NCBI GenBank assembly: GCA_038887515.1
Contig: JAWAKK010000001.1
Location: 192,001-256,000 of the forward strand
Length of the DNA stretch: 64,000 nucleotides
Source of the DNA: Candidatus Nezhaarchaeales archaeon
GTDB taxonomy: Archaea; Thermoproteota; Methanomethylicia; Nezhaarchaeales; WYZ-LMO8
Direction: 5' to 3'
The notes under the pieces were generated by a model that saw only the letters and a program-made list of their open reading frames with translations, did not search any database and was not told the DNA's origin. Positions 39,043 to 48,374 of the stretch are shown here, one piece after another. Position 1 is the first letter of the stretch, and each line of letters opens with the position of its first letter. The translations under genes were made by a program, and so were the position numbers.

Positions 39043-40122
39043 GTGAAGATAGCAGTATACGAGTACTTCACAGCCGTCAAGGCACTTAACGACCCCTCTT
39101 GGATTGAAGGAAACTCTATGCTGAATGCCGCGATCGAAGACTTTAGGAGAGCCGGGTATGAAGTAGAGGTAGTCGAGTCTATACCACCTAAGCGACCTGT
39201 AGACTTAGTGGTACTAATAGCTCCTTCGATTGGTAGAACACTCTACGGCCTAGTTAAGGCCTGCGAAGATGAGGGGTTAGAAGTCGTTGACTCTCCATCG
39301 ACCGCGGTCTTTCTTGCAACGGATAAAGCATTATTGTCTAGAAACCTCGAGCTTTGCGGAATAAAAACCCCTAAGACTATAGTCTCCAGGTTCGAAAACG
39401 GATTAGAAGCAATAGAGAAGGCCTTAATAACTCACAGTAGAGTGGTGGTTAAGCCAGCTGATGGAGACGGTTGCGCAGGGCTTTGCCTTGTATCAGACAT
39501 GGTCGAAGCACGTAAAGCTCTAAACGTAGTAAAGCAGAGCTCTAAGTTGCCATACTTTTTAATTCAAGAGTTCACTGATGGGTTGAATTTGAGCGTAAGC
39601 ATATTGGCATGCGAAGACCTCGTAATACCAATATCAATAAACATGCAGAACATACACCTCGAAGGTCCTTCGGGAAGCTCACGCTACCTTGGAAGCGTAG
39701 TGCCCTACGAGCATAACGAAAAGGTCCTTGATGTAGCTGTGCGGGCAGTAAGATCTCTAGGCAACGTAAAGGGCTTCTTTGGCGTCGATGTAGTATTAAA
39801 GAAGAATGAACCTTACGTCATTGAGGTCAATCCAAGACTAACCACGAGTTACCTAGCGCTAAGGGAAATATCTGAGGACAATATACTCGAAATGCTCGTC
39901 AAATCATACTTCGACAAGAATTCGCTAAAGCCGATTAAGCTGAGGGGTAGGGCAATCGTTGAGAAACTCGTAGCTGACAGAGACATGGTTCTAAGCACTT
40001 TGGACGTAAGCTTAAGGTTGCCAAGTGGCGCTAAACTTCTCTCAACGATTGTTGATGGCCGGCATGCTATAAGAAAAGGAGAAGCTTACGCCTTATACGT
40101 GATGAGAGATTCATACCCCTAG
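39043..40122 (+). CDS. mfnD: ATP-grasp ligase, MfnD (tyramine--L-glutamate ligase)-like
   Basis: YEY, EG..ML.A...DF, IAP, DK, VVKPADGDGC, QEF..G..LSVS, N.Q, G.D, IEVNPRLTTSY. Confidence 0.78.
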   Translation: MKIAVYEYFTAVKALNDPSWIEGNSMLNAAIEDFRRAGYEVEVVESIPPKRPVDLVVLIAPSIGRTLYGLVKACEDEGLEVVDSPSTAVFLATDKALLSRNLELCGIKTPKTIVSRFENGLEAIEKALITHSRVVVKPADGDGCAGLCLVSDMVEARKALNVVKQSSKLPYFLIQEFTDGLNLSVSILACEDLVIPISINMQNIHLEGPSGSSRYLGSVVPYEHNEKVLDVAVRAVRSLGNVKGFFGVDVVLKKNEPYVIEVNPRLTTSYLALREISEDNILEMLVKSYFDKNSLKPIKLRGRAIVEKLVADRDMVLSTLDVSLRLPSGAKLLSTIVDGRHAIRKGEAYALYVMRDSYP

Positions 40123-40125
40123 CTC

Positions 40126-40803
40126 GTGGTAGCTTATAAATCCTCTTGGCGTTATAGGGGTCTTAGGCGACTTAAGAGCTATATGAAGGACGTACTTGGT
40201 CGAGACGTCGCAGAAAAAGAGATAAATATTAAAATAGCAAGCTACTTTGGCTCAGAGAGTGAATTAAAGATGCTGAAAGCGGGTAAATTCGATCGATTCA
40301 TGGAGAGATATAAAGCATTGCTCAACGATGACCCCGAACTTAAGAGGCGCTTAACTCCCTATAGCACCTTTTGTGGGGGCCCTCTTCCATACCCTGGGCC
40401 TGGCCCTTATCCTCCACCAAATATAGCATTGGATCCAAGTGGTTGGAGTAAAGCCCGCGGCTACCCAAAGACAATCTTGCTGGGTAAAGAGCTCGTAACT
40501 TTCAAGATTAAGGGGGTGGTAACGTTTACAGTAAGGCTCGCGGAGAACGGTGTCTTTGATGTCGAGGTGAGGGAGGGCCGTGATCCTATACTGTCAGTGG
40601 AGATGACGCCTGAACTATTTAAGAAAATGGTCTTAGGCAAAGAGAGGGTAATATACGCTCTCGCGCATCCGGATAACGTTGTGTCCTTTAAGGACGGCAT
40701 TGCCTTTAGCGATTGGATAACTATATTCGAAGTCATTGGAATCCTCCAAGAACTTGTTGAATCAGACCCAGAAATGTGGCGTTTTATTGAGGAGGGGCTT
40801 TAA
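40126..40803 (+). CDS. Hypothetical protein with C-terminal SCP2 (sterol carrier)-like segment and Pro-rich linker
   Basis: F.I.G..TFTV.....V.V.EG.DP...VEM..E.F..MV.G pattern resembles SCP2; start uncertain; first gene of the oxidoreductase operon. Confidence 0.55.
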   Translation: MVAYKSSWRYRGLRRLKSYMKDVLGRDVAEKEINIKIASYFGSESELKMLKAGKFDRFMERYKALLNDDPELKRRLTPYSTFCGGPLPYPGPGPYPPPNIALDPSGWSKARGYPKTILLGKELVTFKIKGVVTFTVRLAENGVFDVEVREGRDPILSVEMTPELFKKMVLGKERVIYALAHPDNVVSFKDGIAFSDWITIFEVIGILQELVESDPEMWRFIEEGL

Positions 40804-40804
40804 G

Positions 40805-42277
40805 TTGGAGGTAAAGGTTCAAGTATCTAAGGAGTTCGTAGTAGAGACTTTATCGAAGATAGTTGGTGATCGTAACGTTGTTGTCGATATAAAAGAGCTA
40901 GAGCCCTACTCCAAGGACGATAGCTTTGTCAAGCCGATCATGCCGTTGTGCGTAGTAAAGCCTGTCGCGATTGAAGAGGTCCAAGAAGTCGTCAGATTTG
41001 CGAATCAGTACAAAATACCAATAACTCCTACTTCGAGCGGCCCCAATAATCTAGGTGGAACTATACCTTCACCCGATGGCTTAGTCATAGATCTTAGGAA
41101 CATGAACCGCGTATTGGATATCGACTACAGGGCTTGGATGGCGTCGGTAGAACCAGGTGTAACATTCTCTCAACTTCAAAGTATCGTTAATAAGGAGGGC
41201 CTTCGAGTCCTAACTCCATCAGAAAACCCGGCATCCTCATCAGTGCTCTCGACCTATTTGGACTTAGTTCCATTGTACGGGTGGGTGTATTATGGAGAGG
41301 AGAACCTAACAACCATGACGGTAGTACTGCCCAACGGAGATTTAGTTAAAACTGGTGAAGCAGCTTTTCCAGAAATGCACCACCCGTACATGCACTCGCA
41401 TGCCTCACCACTCGCAGGATTGATGAATTACATGTGGTATCAATCACAAGGTACGCTTGGCATAGTGGTTCAGGGGTGGATTAAACTCAAACCTAAAGGA
41501 GAGATGGAAAAGGTTTACTTTATTCCAATAGATGACGCTAAAGACCTTCAAGGAATACTGCGGGCAATCATGTGGCTACGGTACCCACGCGATATGGCAG
41601 TACTAAATAAGCAGGACTTTGCCTTAATGTTTGCAGAGTCCTCTCCTAAATGTTATCCCGAGAAAGTCAGGGAACTAAGAGAGGTTCTACCCAATTGGGT
41701 TATTATGTTCTCACTTAGGGGGAGAGCTGAGGCCGTTGAAGTAATGGAGAGCGACTTGAAGAAGCTAGGCGAGGAGAGATCGTTTAAACTTGTAGACGAG
41801 ATTTGTGGCATCACATCCGAGATGGCCCTTAGTGAGATAGCAACTCCATCTGGCTTCACTAAGTGGCGTAACTACAAAGGGGCCAGGAACATAATACCAT
41901 TCATAGCGTCGATTAAGGACGTTCCAGCGATTTACAAAGAGGTACTTAAGATTTCAGAAAAACTTCGTTACCCCAAAGACGATGTAGGGGTAACGATTAT
42001 TCCGACGGATAGGATAGGAGTTGTCGCCTGCTCCATAAGCTTTGCTAGAGACCCAACGTCTCAAGAAAATACCGATTTAGTTAAGAAGGTTTACGTAGAG
42101 TCGGCGAAGGCTTTACTTGACCTAGGCGCTTTCTACAGTAGACCCTATGGTTTGCTCTCCAGCTTAATTTATAGTAGGTGTCAGACGTACTATGAAGTCC
42201 TGCTGGATATAAAGAGGGTTATCGACCCTAACAATATCATGAACCCTAGAAGGTTACAATTTGGAGGTGACGACTAA
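40805..42277 (+). CDS. FAD-binding oxidoreductase (VAO/PCMH-GlcD superfamily), subunit 1
   Basis: VVKP....EVQ.V...AN....P..P.SSG, IDL..MN, VEPGVTF, QGTLGIV, DPNNIMNP; no C-terminal EHG; likely start TTG 40805 after GGAGGGG. Confidence 0.88.
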   Translation: MEVKVQVSKEFVVETLSKIVGDRNVVVDIKELEPYSKDDSFVKPIMPLCVVKPVAIEEVQEVVRFANQYKIPITPTSSGPNNLGGTIPSPDGLVIDLRNMNRVLDIDYRAWMASVEPGVTFSQLQSIVNKEGLRVLTPSENPASSSVLSTYLDLVPLYGWVYYGEENLTTMTVVLPNGDLVKTGEAAFPEMHHPYMHSHASPLAGLMNYMWYQSQGTLGIVVQGWIKLKPKGEMEKVYFIPIDDAKDLQGILRAIMWLRYPRDMAVLNKQDFALMFAESSPKCYPEKVRELREVLPNWVIMFSLRGRAEAVEVMESDLKKLGEERSFKLVDEICGITSEMALSEIATPSGFTKWRNYKGARNIIPFIASIKDVPAIYKEVLKISEKLRYPKDDVGVTIIPTDRIGVVACSISFARDPTSQENTDLVKKVYVESAKALLDLGAFYSRPYGLLSSLIYSRCQTYYEVLLDIKRVIDPNNIMNPRRLQFGGDD

Positions 42278-43494
42278 TGGATGGAGAGGTTGAGAAAATG
42301 TGGATTTTTCCAGCCGAGCGAAGGAGGGTTCTAGAGGATTTCTATGACTTAATGATATTGTGCAACAAGTGTGGGTACTGCAAGTTTATTTATGCTCCAG
42401 AGGCGAAGGATGCGAGATTTGTGACTCAATGCCCGCGAGGAAACGTGTTTAAGCATCTAGCTTATTACGCTAGCGGAACTATGGAGGTAGCAAGAGGCAT
42501 CGTGGAGAAGAGGCTTAAGTGGAGCAAGACGATAGAACACGTACTGTATACATGTACAGACTGTTATCACTGCGAATTTTGGTGTAATGTAGCGATGCGG
42601 GTCTACCCACTCACGATAATGGAGATAATGAAGGAGACATACATAAAGGAAGTCTGCCTTCCAGATCACTACAAGTGCGTATTAGACAACTTAGAGAAGA
42701 ATCGTAACCCATATGGTGAACCGCACGAAAAGCGCTTTTCATGGCTTAGCAACCCATTGCCTCCGAAGAAGGCTGAACTCATGCTATTTATAGGAGACGA
42801 AGCTGCGTACAAGAATAGAAGCATCGCCTTAGCAGCGGTCAATATACTTCGAAGGTTAAAGGTAGACTTCGGTCTCCTATATGAAGACGAGTGGCATAGT
42901 GGGTACCTACTATTTAGAGGCGGGTTACGTGAAAAAGGCATGGAGATGGTTAAGCACAACTTTGAGGCATTAGTAAGGGCAGGTGCAAAGAGAGTGGTGG
43001 TAGTAAGCCCACATGATTATAGAACATTCAAAGTTGATGCTGAAAATAGCGGCCTACATCCAGACTTTGAAGTACAACACATACTAGAATTCCTTCATCC
43101 TCTAATAGAGGAAAATAAGAACGAATTTAAGATGCTCAACAGGAAGGTAACATACCATGATCCTTGTCAACTGGTAAGACACGTAATGCCGTTCAAGATT
43201 TCGGAACAGCCGCGAGAAATATTAAAAGCGCTAGGCATGGAGGTCGTCGAAATGCCGAGAAATAGGCTAAACGCGTACTGTTGCGGTGCGGGTGGGGGGG
43301 TCCCATTCGGTTACCCCAATGTGACTAAGCTCGTCGCTAGGGCTAGGCTAGCAGAGGCCGCTACAACTGGAGCTAAAGAAGTGGTCGTGTCGTGTCCATC
43401 ATGCGAAATGAGTTTAGGAGCAGTCTGCGGAGAATTCGGGTTATCGGTTAAACACATCCTCACGTTAATTCAAGAAGCTTTGGGTGGTCAGTAA
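42277..43494 (+). CDS. Fe-S oxidoreductase, GlcF/HdrD-like (2x[4Fe-4S] plus CCG domains)
   Basis: CNKCGYC..CP, CTDCYHCEFWC, YHDPC, CCGAGGG, SCPSC. Confidence 0.9.
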   Translation: MDGEVEKMWIFPAERRRVLEDFYDLMILCNKCGYCKFIYAPEAKDARFVTQCPRGNVFKHLAYYASGTMEVARGIVEKRLKWSKTIEHVLYTCTDCYHCEFWCNVAMRVYPLTIMEIMKETYIKEVCLPDHYKCVLDNLEKNRNPYGEPHEKRFSWLSNPLPPKKAELMLFIGDEAAYKNRSIALAAVNILRRLKVDFGLLYEDEWHSGYLLFRGGLREKGMEMVKHNFEALVRAGAKRVVVVSPHDYRTFKVDAENSGLHPDFEVQHILEFLHPLIEENKNEFKMLNRKVTYHDPCQLVRHVMPFKISEQPREILKALGMEVVEMPRNRLNAYCCGAGGGVPFGYPNVTKLVARARLAEAATTGAKEVVVSCPSCEMSLGAVCGEFGLSVKHILTLIQEALGGQ

Positions 43495-44993
43495 TGAGTG
43501 ATGACAATAAAGTTGGTGTAGTAAAGAAAGTCCTAAGCGACATAGTGGGCGCTGAATGGGTCTCGGACGACCCCGCCATCCTCATAGCTTATTCACGCGA
43601 CTACGCGACATACATGAAGTTTAACTGGAAAAGCATATCCCCCCATCTCGTCGTTCTTCCGAGAACTGTTGACGAAGTGAAGGCCATAGTGAAGGTGGCT
43701 AGAGAATACAAAATACCGATAGTCCCCGTAGGCTCTTTTGGTAATCAATTTGCTTGGGGGGTTCCGAAAGCAGGTGGAATAATAGTCGATGTGTCCAGGA
43801 TGGACGAGATACTATGGATAGACGAAGACAACATGGTTGCAGTCGTGGAGGCTGGTTGTCCAATCTTCAAGTTACAAGCAGAAATGTTGAAGAGGAGAAT
43901 GTTTATACATCAACCCGGAGCGTGCTCCACATTTTTAATAGGATCTCACTATACTCACGGCATAGTTAACAAGGCAACCGCTAGGCTAGGATATGTAAAT
44001 CGCCAAATAGTTGGTTATGAAATGGTTCTTGGAGATGGTAGAGTCATCAGGACCGGGAGCTTAGCAAATTACTCTAACCCTAGAGCGCTATGGCCTCACG
44101 GTCCTGGTCCAGACCTTGGTCACTTGCCTAGGATGGCTCAAGGAACTCTAGGCATAGTAACTAAGGTCGCGGTAAGAGGACATCCGTTAGATGAAGAAAC
44201 GAAAATTATTCAGCCTGCTTTCAATGACGTCGATAGGGCGACGGCAGCTCTCGACGAAATAGTGAAGTCAGAGCTCACCACTGGAAGCTCAATGTACACA
44301 GGCTTTAAGTTCACTCAGTACTTCGCCGATACGCCTGAGAGCGCTGATAGGCTTGACAGGGTCAACCCAGAGTGGATGCTCATGCTGTCGTTGCAGGGGA
44401 CCAAGAGGTGGATAGAGTACGCTGAGAAAAGGGTTAGAGAAATTACTAAGAAACACGGCGGGCTAATAGTAACCGATAAGTTGCCATTCTATCAAATGTT
44501 TGCTGATGCTCAAATAAATCAGTCGTGCTCGCTCTTCTCCGAGTTTCCAATAAAGTATTGGTCATACCCAGGGACTGTTGGGGCTCCAGCCGGCATGGTG
44601 GTCTCGGCGCTCTACGACTTCCCGAAGTACTTCAAGTTGATGACGTTGCTATACCTTTACGATCCTATTCTCGGGGATCCAGACGAACTTGACGTGATGT
44701 GGAAGAGAGGTGCAATAATTTATCCGGAGCAGAACGGCCATTACGCGATGTTTGAGTTAATGATAGCTGGCCATCCAACGGATCCACGATTAATCAGAGA
44801 GGTAGCTCCACGGTTCGCTCCAAGGTATTTAAGAGCCCTCGTCAAGCTTGGATTAAGGCTGGACGCTAAATACGGACTTGCACGGCCTTGTGAAGTAGGT
44901 GTAATACCAACGTACATGGACCTTGCAAGGAGGTTGAAGAACCTACTCGATCCGGATGAAATAATGTCTCCAGGAGCATGGGAGGGCATTTAG
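43494..44993 (+). CDS. FAD-binding oxidoreductase (VAO/PCMH-GlcD superfamily), subunit 2
   Basis: VVLP.TV.EV..IV..A....IP.VP, D.SRMD.I, VEAG, GPGPDL, QGTLGIVTK, DPDEIMSPG; TAATG coupling to the upstream gene. Confidence 0.88.
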   Translation: MSDDNKVGVVKKVLSDIVGAEWVSDDPAILIAYSRDYATYMKFNWKSISPHLVVLPRTVDEVKAIVKVAREYKIPIVPVGSFGNQFAWGVPKAGGIIVDVSRMDEILWIDEDNMVAVVEAGCPIFKLQAEMLKRRMFIHQPGACSTFLIGSHYTHGIVNKATARLGYVNRQIVGYEMVLGDGRVIRTGSLANYSNPRALWPHGPGPDLGHLPRMAQGTLGIVTKVAVRGHPLDEETKIIQPAFNDVDRATAALDEIVKSELTTGSSMYTGFKFTQYFADTPESADRLDRVNPEWMLMLSLQGTKRWIEYAEKRVREITKKHGGLIVTDKLPFYQMFADAQINQSCSLFSEFPIKYWSYPGTVGAPAGMVVSALYDFPKYFKLMTLLYLYDPILGDPDELDVMWKRGAIIYPEQNGHYAMFELMIAGHPTDPRLIREVAPRFAPRYLRALVKLGLRLDAKYGLARPCEVGVIPTYMDLARRLKNLLDPDEIMSPGAWEGI

Positions 44994-45005
44994 GGGCTGA
45001 GAAAG

Positions 45006-45224
45006 ATGGTTAACCCAATAGACCCCCTTGAGCTAAGCGAAGAGGTCATAGAGAGAACGGACGTTAACGAATACCTATGGAATGTGTATCGCGAGAAGCT
45101 GCTTTCAAAGCCCAGGAAGAAGAAGTATTGGCAAAAGGAATACGAATATCGTCAAAGAGTTCTAAAGGTATTAGAGGAAATAAGGGACCTCAAAAGTTCC
45201 CTACCTGAAGAAAACGTGAAGTAG
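45006..45224 (+). CDS. Small charged hypothetical protein, last gene of the oxidoreductase operon
   Basis: 72-aa ORF 12 nt after the preceding stop, GGGG RBS-like run; predicted helical. Confidence 0.6.
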   Translation: MVNPIDPLELSEEVIERTDVNEYLWNVYREKLLSKPRKKKYWQKEYEYRQRVLKVLEEIRDLKSSLPEENVK

Positions 45225-45642
45225 AGCCAAGTGACTGTGAAAAACCTAAAACAAACAGCCGCCTTTCTTCCCACAATTCCTATAAATACCTAGACAATTA
45301 TAAGTTCACGTGCGTTCAAAACTTCAAGCGCAATGCTTAGCTATGCAAGATAATGATAAGATTAGCAACAAGCTTTTTCCATAAATATTCGAATTATAAT
45401 TGCTCCTCGCCCTCTTAATACGGAAGGTACTTTAAGTAAGCAACATGACTTAAAATTTTACCTGACGACTCCTTTGATGTCAACGAGTCTTCAACGTCCT
45501 GCCCTACTTTCGATATCGTTCATAATAGATGAAAGTGAGTGGACATGTCCAATTGCTATGTGCAAGACGATATTGTTGCTTAAAGCTTAAAAAACCTTAA
45601 GAGAAAGGTTTAAAAGAAATTTCGGTTGGATAATCCGACCAA

Positions 45643-46695
45643 GTGATTCCTATGAATTTAAGGTATGTGGCTATAATATTAGTAGCTGTTATAGTGGTTG
45701 AGGCTTTAGCAATCGGTTACATGGCCCTTAACAATAACCAGCTTAGTGAAACACTTTCACAGCTTCAAAGCGAATATCGGAAGCTTCAAAGCGAATACCA
45801 AGCCCTCGTAGGCGAGTACAGGCAGTTCACGACTGCTATATACCCCCTGACGTTGATTGACGATGCGAATAGAGTCATAACAATAAGTTCAGAACCTCTC
45901 AGAATAGTATCTTTAGCTCCTTCTATAACCGAAATTCTCTTCACTTTAAACTTGAGCGATAGGGTCCTCGGGGTAACAATGTTCTGCGACTATCCTCCAA
46001 TAGTTAACGAAATGAAGGAGAAAGGAAGATTAACAGTTATAGGCGGCTACTGGGATCCTGATGCCGAGAAGATAATAGGACTACGACCAGATCTCGTGAT
46101 AGGTTACGCATCAGTCTCACCACACGTCGACCTCGCTGAGAGGCTAACAGCTTTAAACATAACCGTTATGCTCTTGTACCCGCATAATTTGCACGAAGTC
46201 TTCAACAACATAATCTTAATAGGGAAAGCTACTGGGAAACTCGTGGAAGCACAGAAGCTAGTTCAACAGCTTGAAGCTAGGGTCAATAGCACCATCGAAA
46301 AGATCAAGAACTTACCTAAGATCAAGGTATACTACGAAATATGGTTTGACCCGATATGGACTACAGGCCCTGGCACTTTCATAGACGAGCTCATATCGTT
46401 AGCCGGAGGTATAAACGTGTTTGGCGACGCTAAGACCATGGGGGTTGTAGTTAGTTATGAGGACGTAGTAAACAGGAACCCGGACGTAATTGTGCTTCCC
46501 GATACTTACATGAAGGAGTTCAGCATCTCAAAGGAACAAGTGATCTCAAGACCTGGGTGGTCTGCGATAAATGCCGTCAAGAACGACAGGATATACTTCA
46601 TAGATGAAGACATAGTAGTGAGACCTGGACCTCGATTAGTTGAAGGTCTAGAGGTTTTGGCGAGGTTAATACATCCAGAGGCGTTTGGTGGTTGA
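45643..46695 (+). CDS. btuF: Cobalamin/corrinoid ABC transporter substrate-binding protein with TM anchor and coiled-coil stalk
   Basis: RIVSLAPSITEILF.L, VT.FCDYP, E.I..L.PDLV, GGINVF, RPGPRL. Confidence 0.88.
   Translation: MIPMNLRYVAIILVAVIVVEALAIGYMALNNNQLSETLSQLQSEYRKLQSEYQALVGEYRQFTTAIYPLTLIDDANRVITISSEPLRIVSLAPSITEILFTLNLSDRVLGVTMFCDYPPIVNEMKEKGRLTVIGGYWDPDAEKIIGLRPDLVIGYASVSPHVDLAERLTALNITVMLLYPHNLHEVFNNIILIGKATGKLVEAQKLVQQLEARVNSTIEKIKNLPKIKVYYEIWFDPIWTTGPGTFIDELISLAGGINVFGDAKTMGVVVSYEDVVNRNPDVIVLPDTYMKEFSISKEQVISRPGWSAINAVKNDRIYFIDEDIVVRPGPRLVEGLEVLARLIHPEAFGG
45761..45797 (+). repeat. In-gene tandem repeat agcttcaaagcgaata x2, 21-nt period (one heptad)
   Basis: Copies at 45761-45776 and 45782-45797 encode LQSEY twice in the stalk. 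Confidence 0.85.
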
Positions 46696-47741
46696 CGCTA
46701 GAACACATAGAGGCTAGGAGACGTAGATGGAAGCTATACATGACGTCATTAGGAGTACTACTACTAACTACATTTTTTTCCATATGCATAGGTTCATCGC
46801 TTATACCATTTGAGGAAACGTTAAAGGTGTTTTTTAAATGGCTCTTGCCGTCTATGAATGTAGACCCGCTATACGAACAGATAATTTGGACCATCAGGTT
46901 ACCGAGGGTACTGATGGGCTGCATGGTTGGAGCAGCTTTATCGCTCGCAGGCGCACTACTTCAAGGTATATTTAGGAATCCTATGGCCGACCCCTATGTT
47001 ATAGGGGTCTCGTCGGGTGCTGCTTTAGGTGCATCTATAGCTATAGTGCTAGGCTTCGGCTTCACAATCTTTGGTTCAGCTGCCATATCATCTATGGCCT
47101 TCATATTCGCCATGACATCATTGATCATAGTTTATAGCTTGAGCCGCGTAGGCGGTAAGGTCCCAGTAATGACCTTACTCTTATCCGGTATAGCTGTCGG
47201 CATACTTTTTTCGGCAATAACATCCTTCCTCTCGCTGTTTGTAGGCGAGAAGCTAGCTAACGTTTACTTTTGGTTGCTTGGCAACTTGTCTAAGTCTGAG
47301 TGGAACCACGTAGTAGTTTCGGCGCCGGTGTTGATATCATGTAGCGTAGTTGCAATGCTTTACGCTAGAGACCTAAATTTAATGTCTATGGGCGAAGATA
47401 CCGCCATAAGCCTCGGTATAGACGTCGAAAACACTAAACTTGTACTAATAACAATTAGTTCCCTCATGACTTCAATAGCCGTCTCCTTCACTGGGATGAT
47501 AGCTTTCGTAGGTCTCATGGTTCCCCACATAGTAAGACTCATAGTAGGTCCGGATCATAGAGTCCTGCTTCCTTGCTCGACGCTCTTTGGGGCCCTCTTC
47601 TTAATTGTATGCGATGACATGGCAAGGGCATTTGCTTTAATTACTTCAACTCAAATACCTGTAGGCATAATAACAGCCTTGGCTGGAGGTCCCTTCTTCA
47701 TATACCTCTTAAGGCGCAGGAAGAAGGAATATTCCCTTTAA
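46692..47741 (+). CDS. btuC: FecCD/BtuC family ABC permease
   Basis: IRLPR, Q..FRNPMADPY.IG.SSGA, GED.A..LG, I.FVGL.VPH, PVG..TA..G.PFF. Confidence 0.92.
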   Translation: MTLEHIEARRRRWKLYMTSLGVLLLTTFFSICIGSSLIPFEETLKVFFKWLLPSMNVDPLYEQIIWTIRLPRVLMGCMVGAALSLAGALLQGIFRNPMADPYVIGVSSGAALGASIAIVLGFGFTIFGSAAISSMAFIFAMTSLIIVYSLSRVGGKVPVMTLLLSGIAVGILFSAITSFLSLFVGEKLANVYFWLLGNLSKSEWNHVVVSAPVLISCSVVAMLYARDLNLMSMGEDTAISLGIDVENTKLVLITISSLMTSIAVSFTGMIAFVGLMVPHIVRLIVGPDHRVLLPCSTLFGALFLIVCDDMARAFALITSTQIPVGIITALAGGPFFIYLLRRRKKEYSL

Positions 47742-47818
47742 GAGCTCTATGATTGTTGACTAAGCAACGCAAATTCAATAATAGATTTGACGAATTAGAA
47801 TTTGTGACCCTCAAAGTC

Positions 47819-48262
47819 TTAATGACTTTGACCCTCTAATAACTTCTCAAGTCCTCCTCTCTCCACATAGTCCTTAAGCTCAGTTAAGCTCCTTAACACA
47901 ACGTCTGAGTGTAGTGTTATCCAGGGACTTGGATTATCGAACTCTATTATTGAAATTACTTTCTTGCCCTTCAGTTTAGCATAGAACAATTCCATACAGG
48001 CTCCAGCCGAAATCTTAGGCAGATAGGCTATCAAGACATCACACCTCTCAACATCCCTTAAATCTCTATCTATGAAGTCTCTAGGTTGAGCCTTCTTCCA
48101 CCATTCTCCTTCAATAGCTCTATAAATTACTCTTTCCCTTTCCCACGGATCTATAACTTCGTAACCTCTGGCTTCGAGGATCCTTCTTATCTTGGCTCTA
48201 TACTCTTGCCTATCTTCCATGCCCTGTATAGGTCCAGCCACGAAGACTCTAATCATAATCAT
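47819..48262 (-). CDS. Nucleoside 2-deoxyribosyltransferase-like family protein
   Basis: VFVAGPI, DP, RDL..V..CD..IA, SAGACME..YA...GK. Confidence 0.82.
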   Translation of the reverse strand: MIMIRVFVAGPIQGMEDRQEYRAKIRRILEARGYEVIDPWERERVIYRAIEGEWWKKAQPRDFIDRDLRDVERCDVLIAYLPKISAGACMELFYAKLKGKKVISIIEFDNPSPWITLHSDVVLRSLTELKDYVERGGLEKLLEGQSH

Positions 48263-48374
48263 TCACCGGCATCGATTCAATACTGCTTTTAGGAGTTTGG
48301 GAAGCAAGGATGTAGGTAAGCTCGATAGCCCAAAAAGTTTAAGGATGGTATAAGTTGGCAACGTAAAAAATCAT

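Noticed and set aside
45225-45642. Cobalamin riboswitch upstream of btuF
   Set aside because: No B12-box or recognisable conserved riboswitch core; the region is AT-rich.
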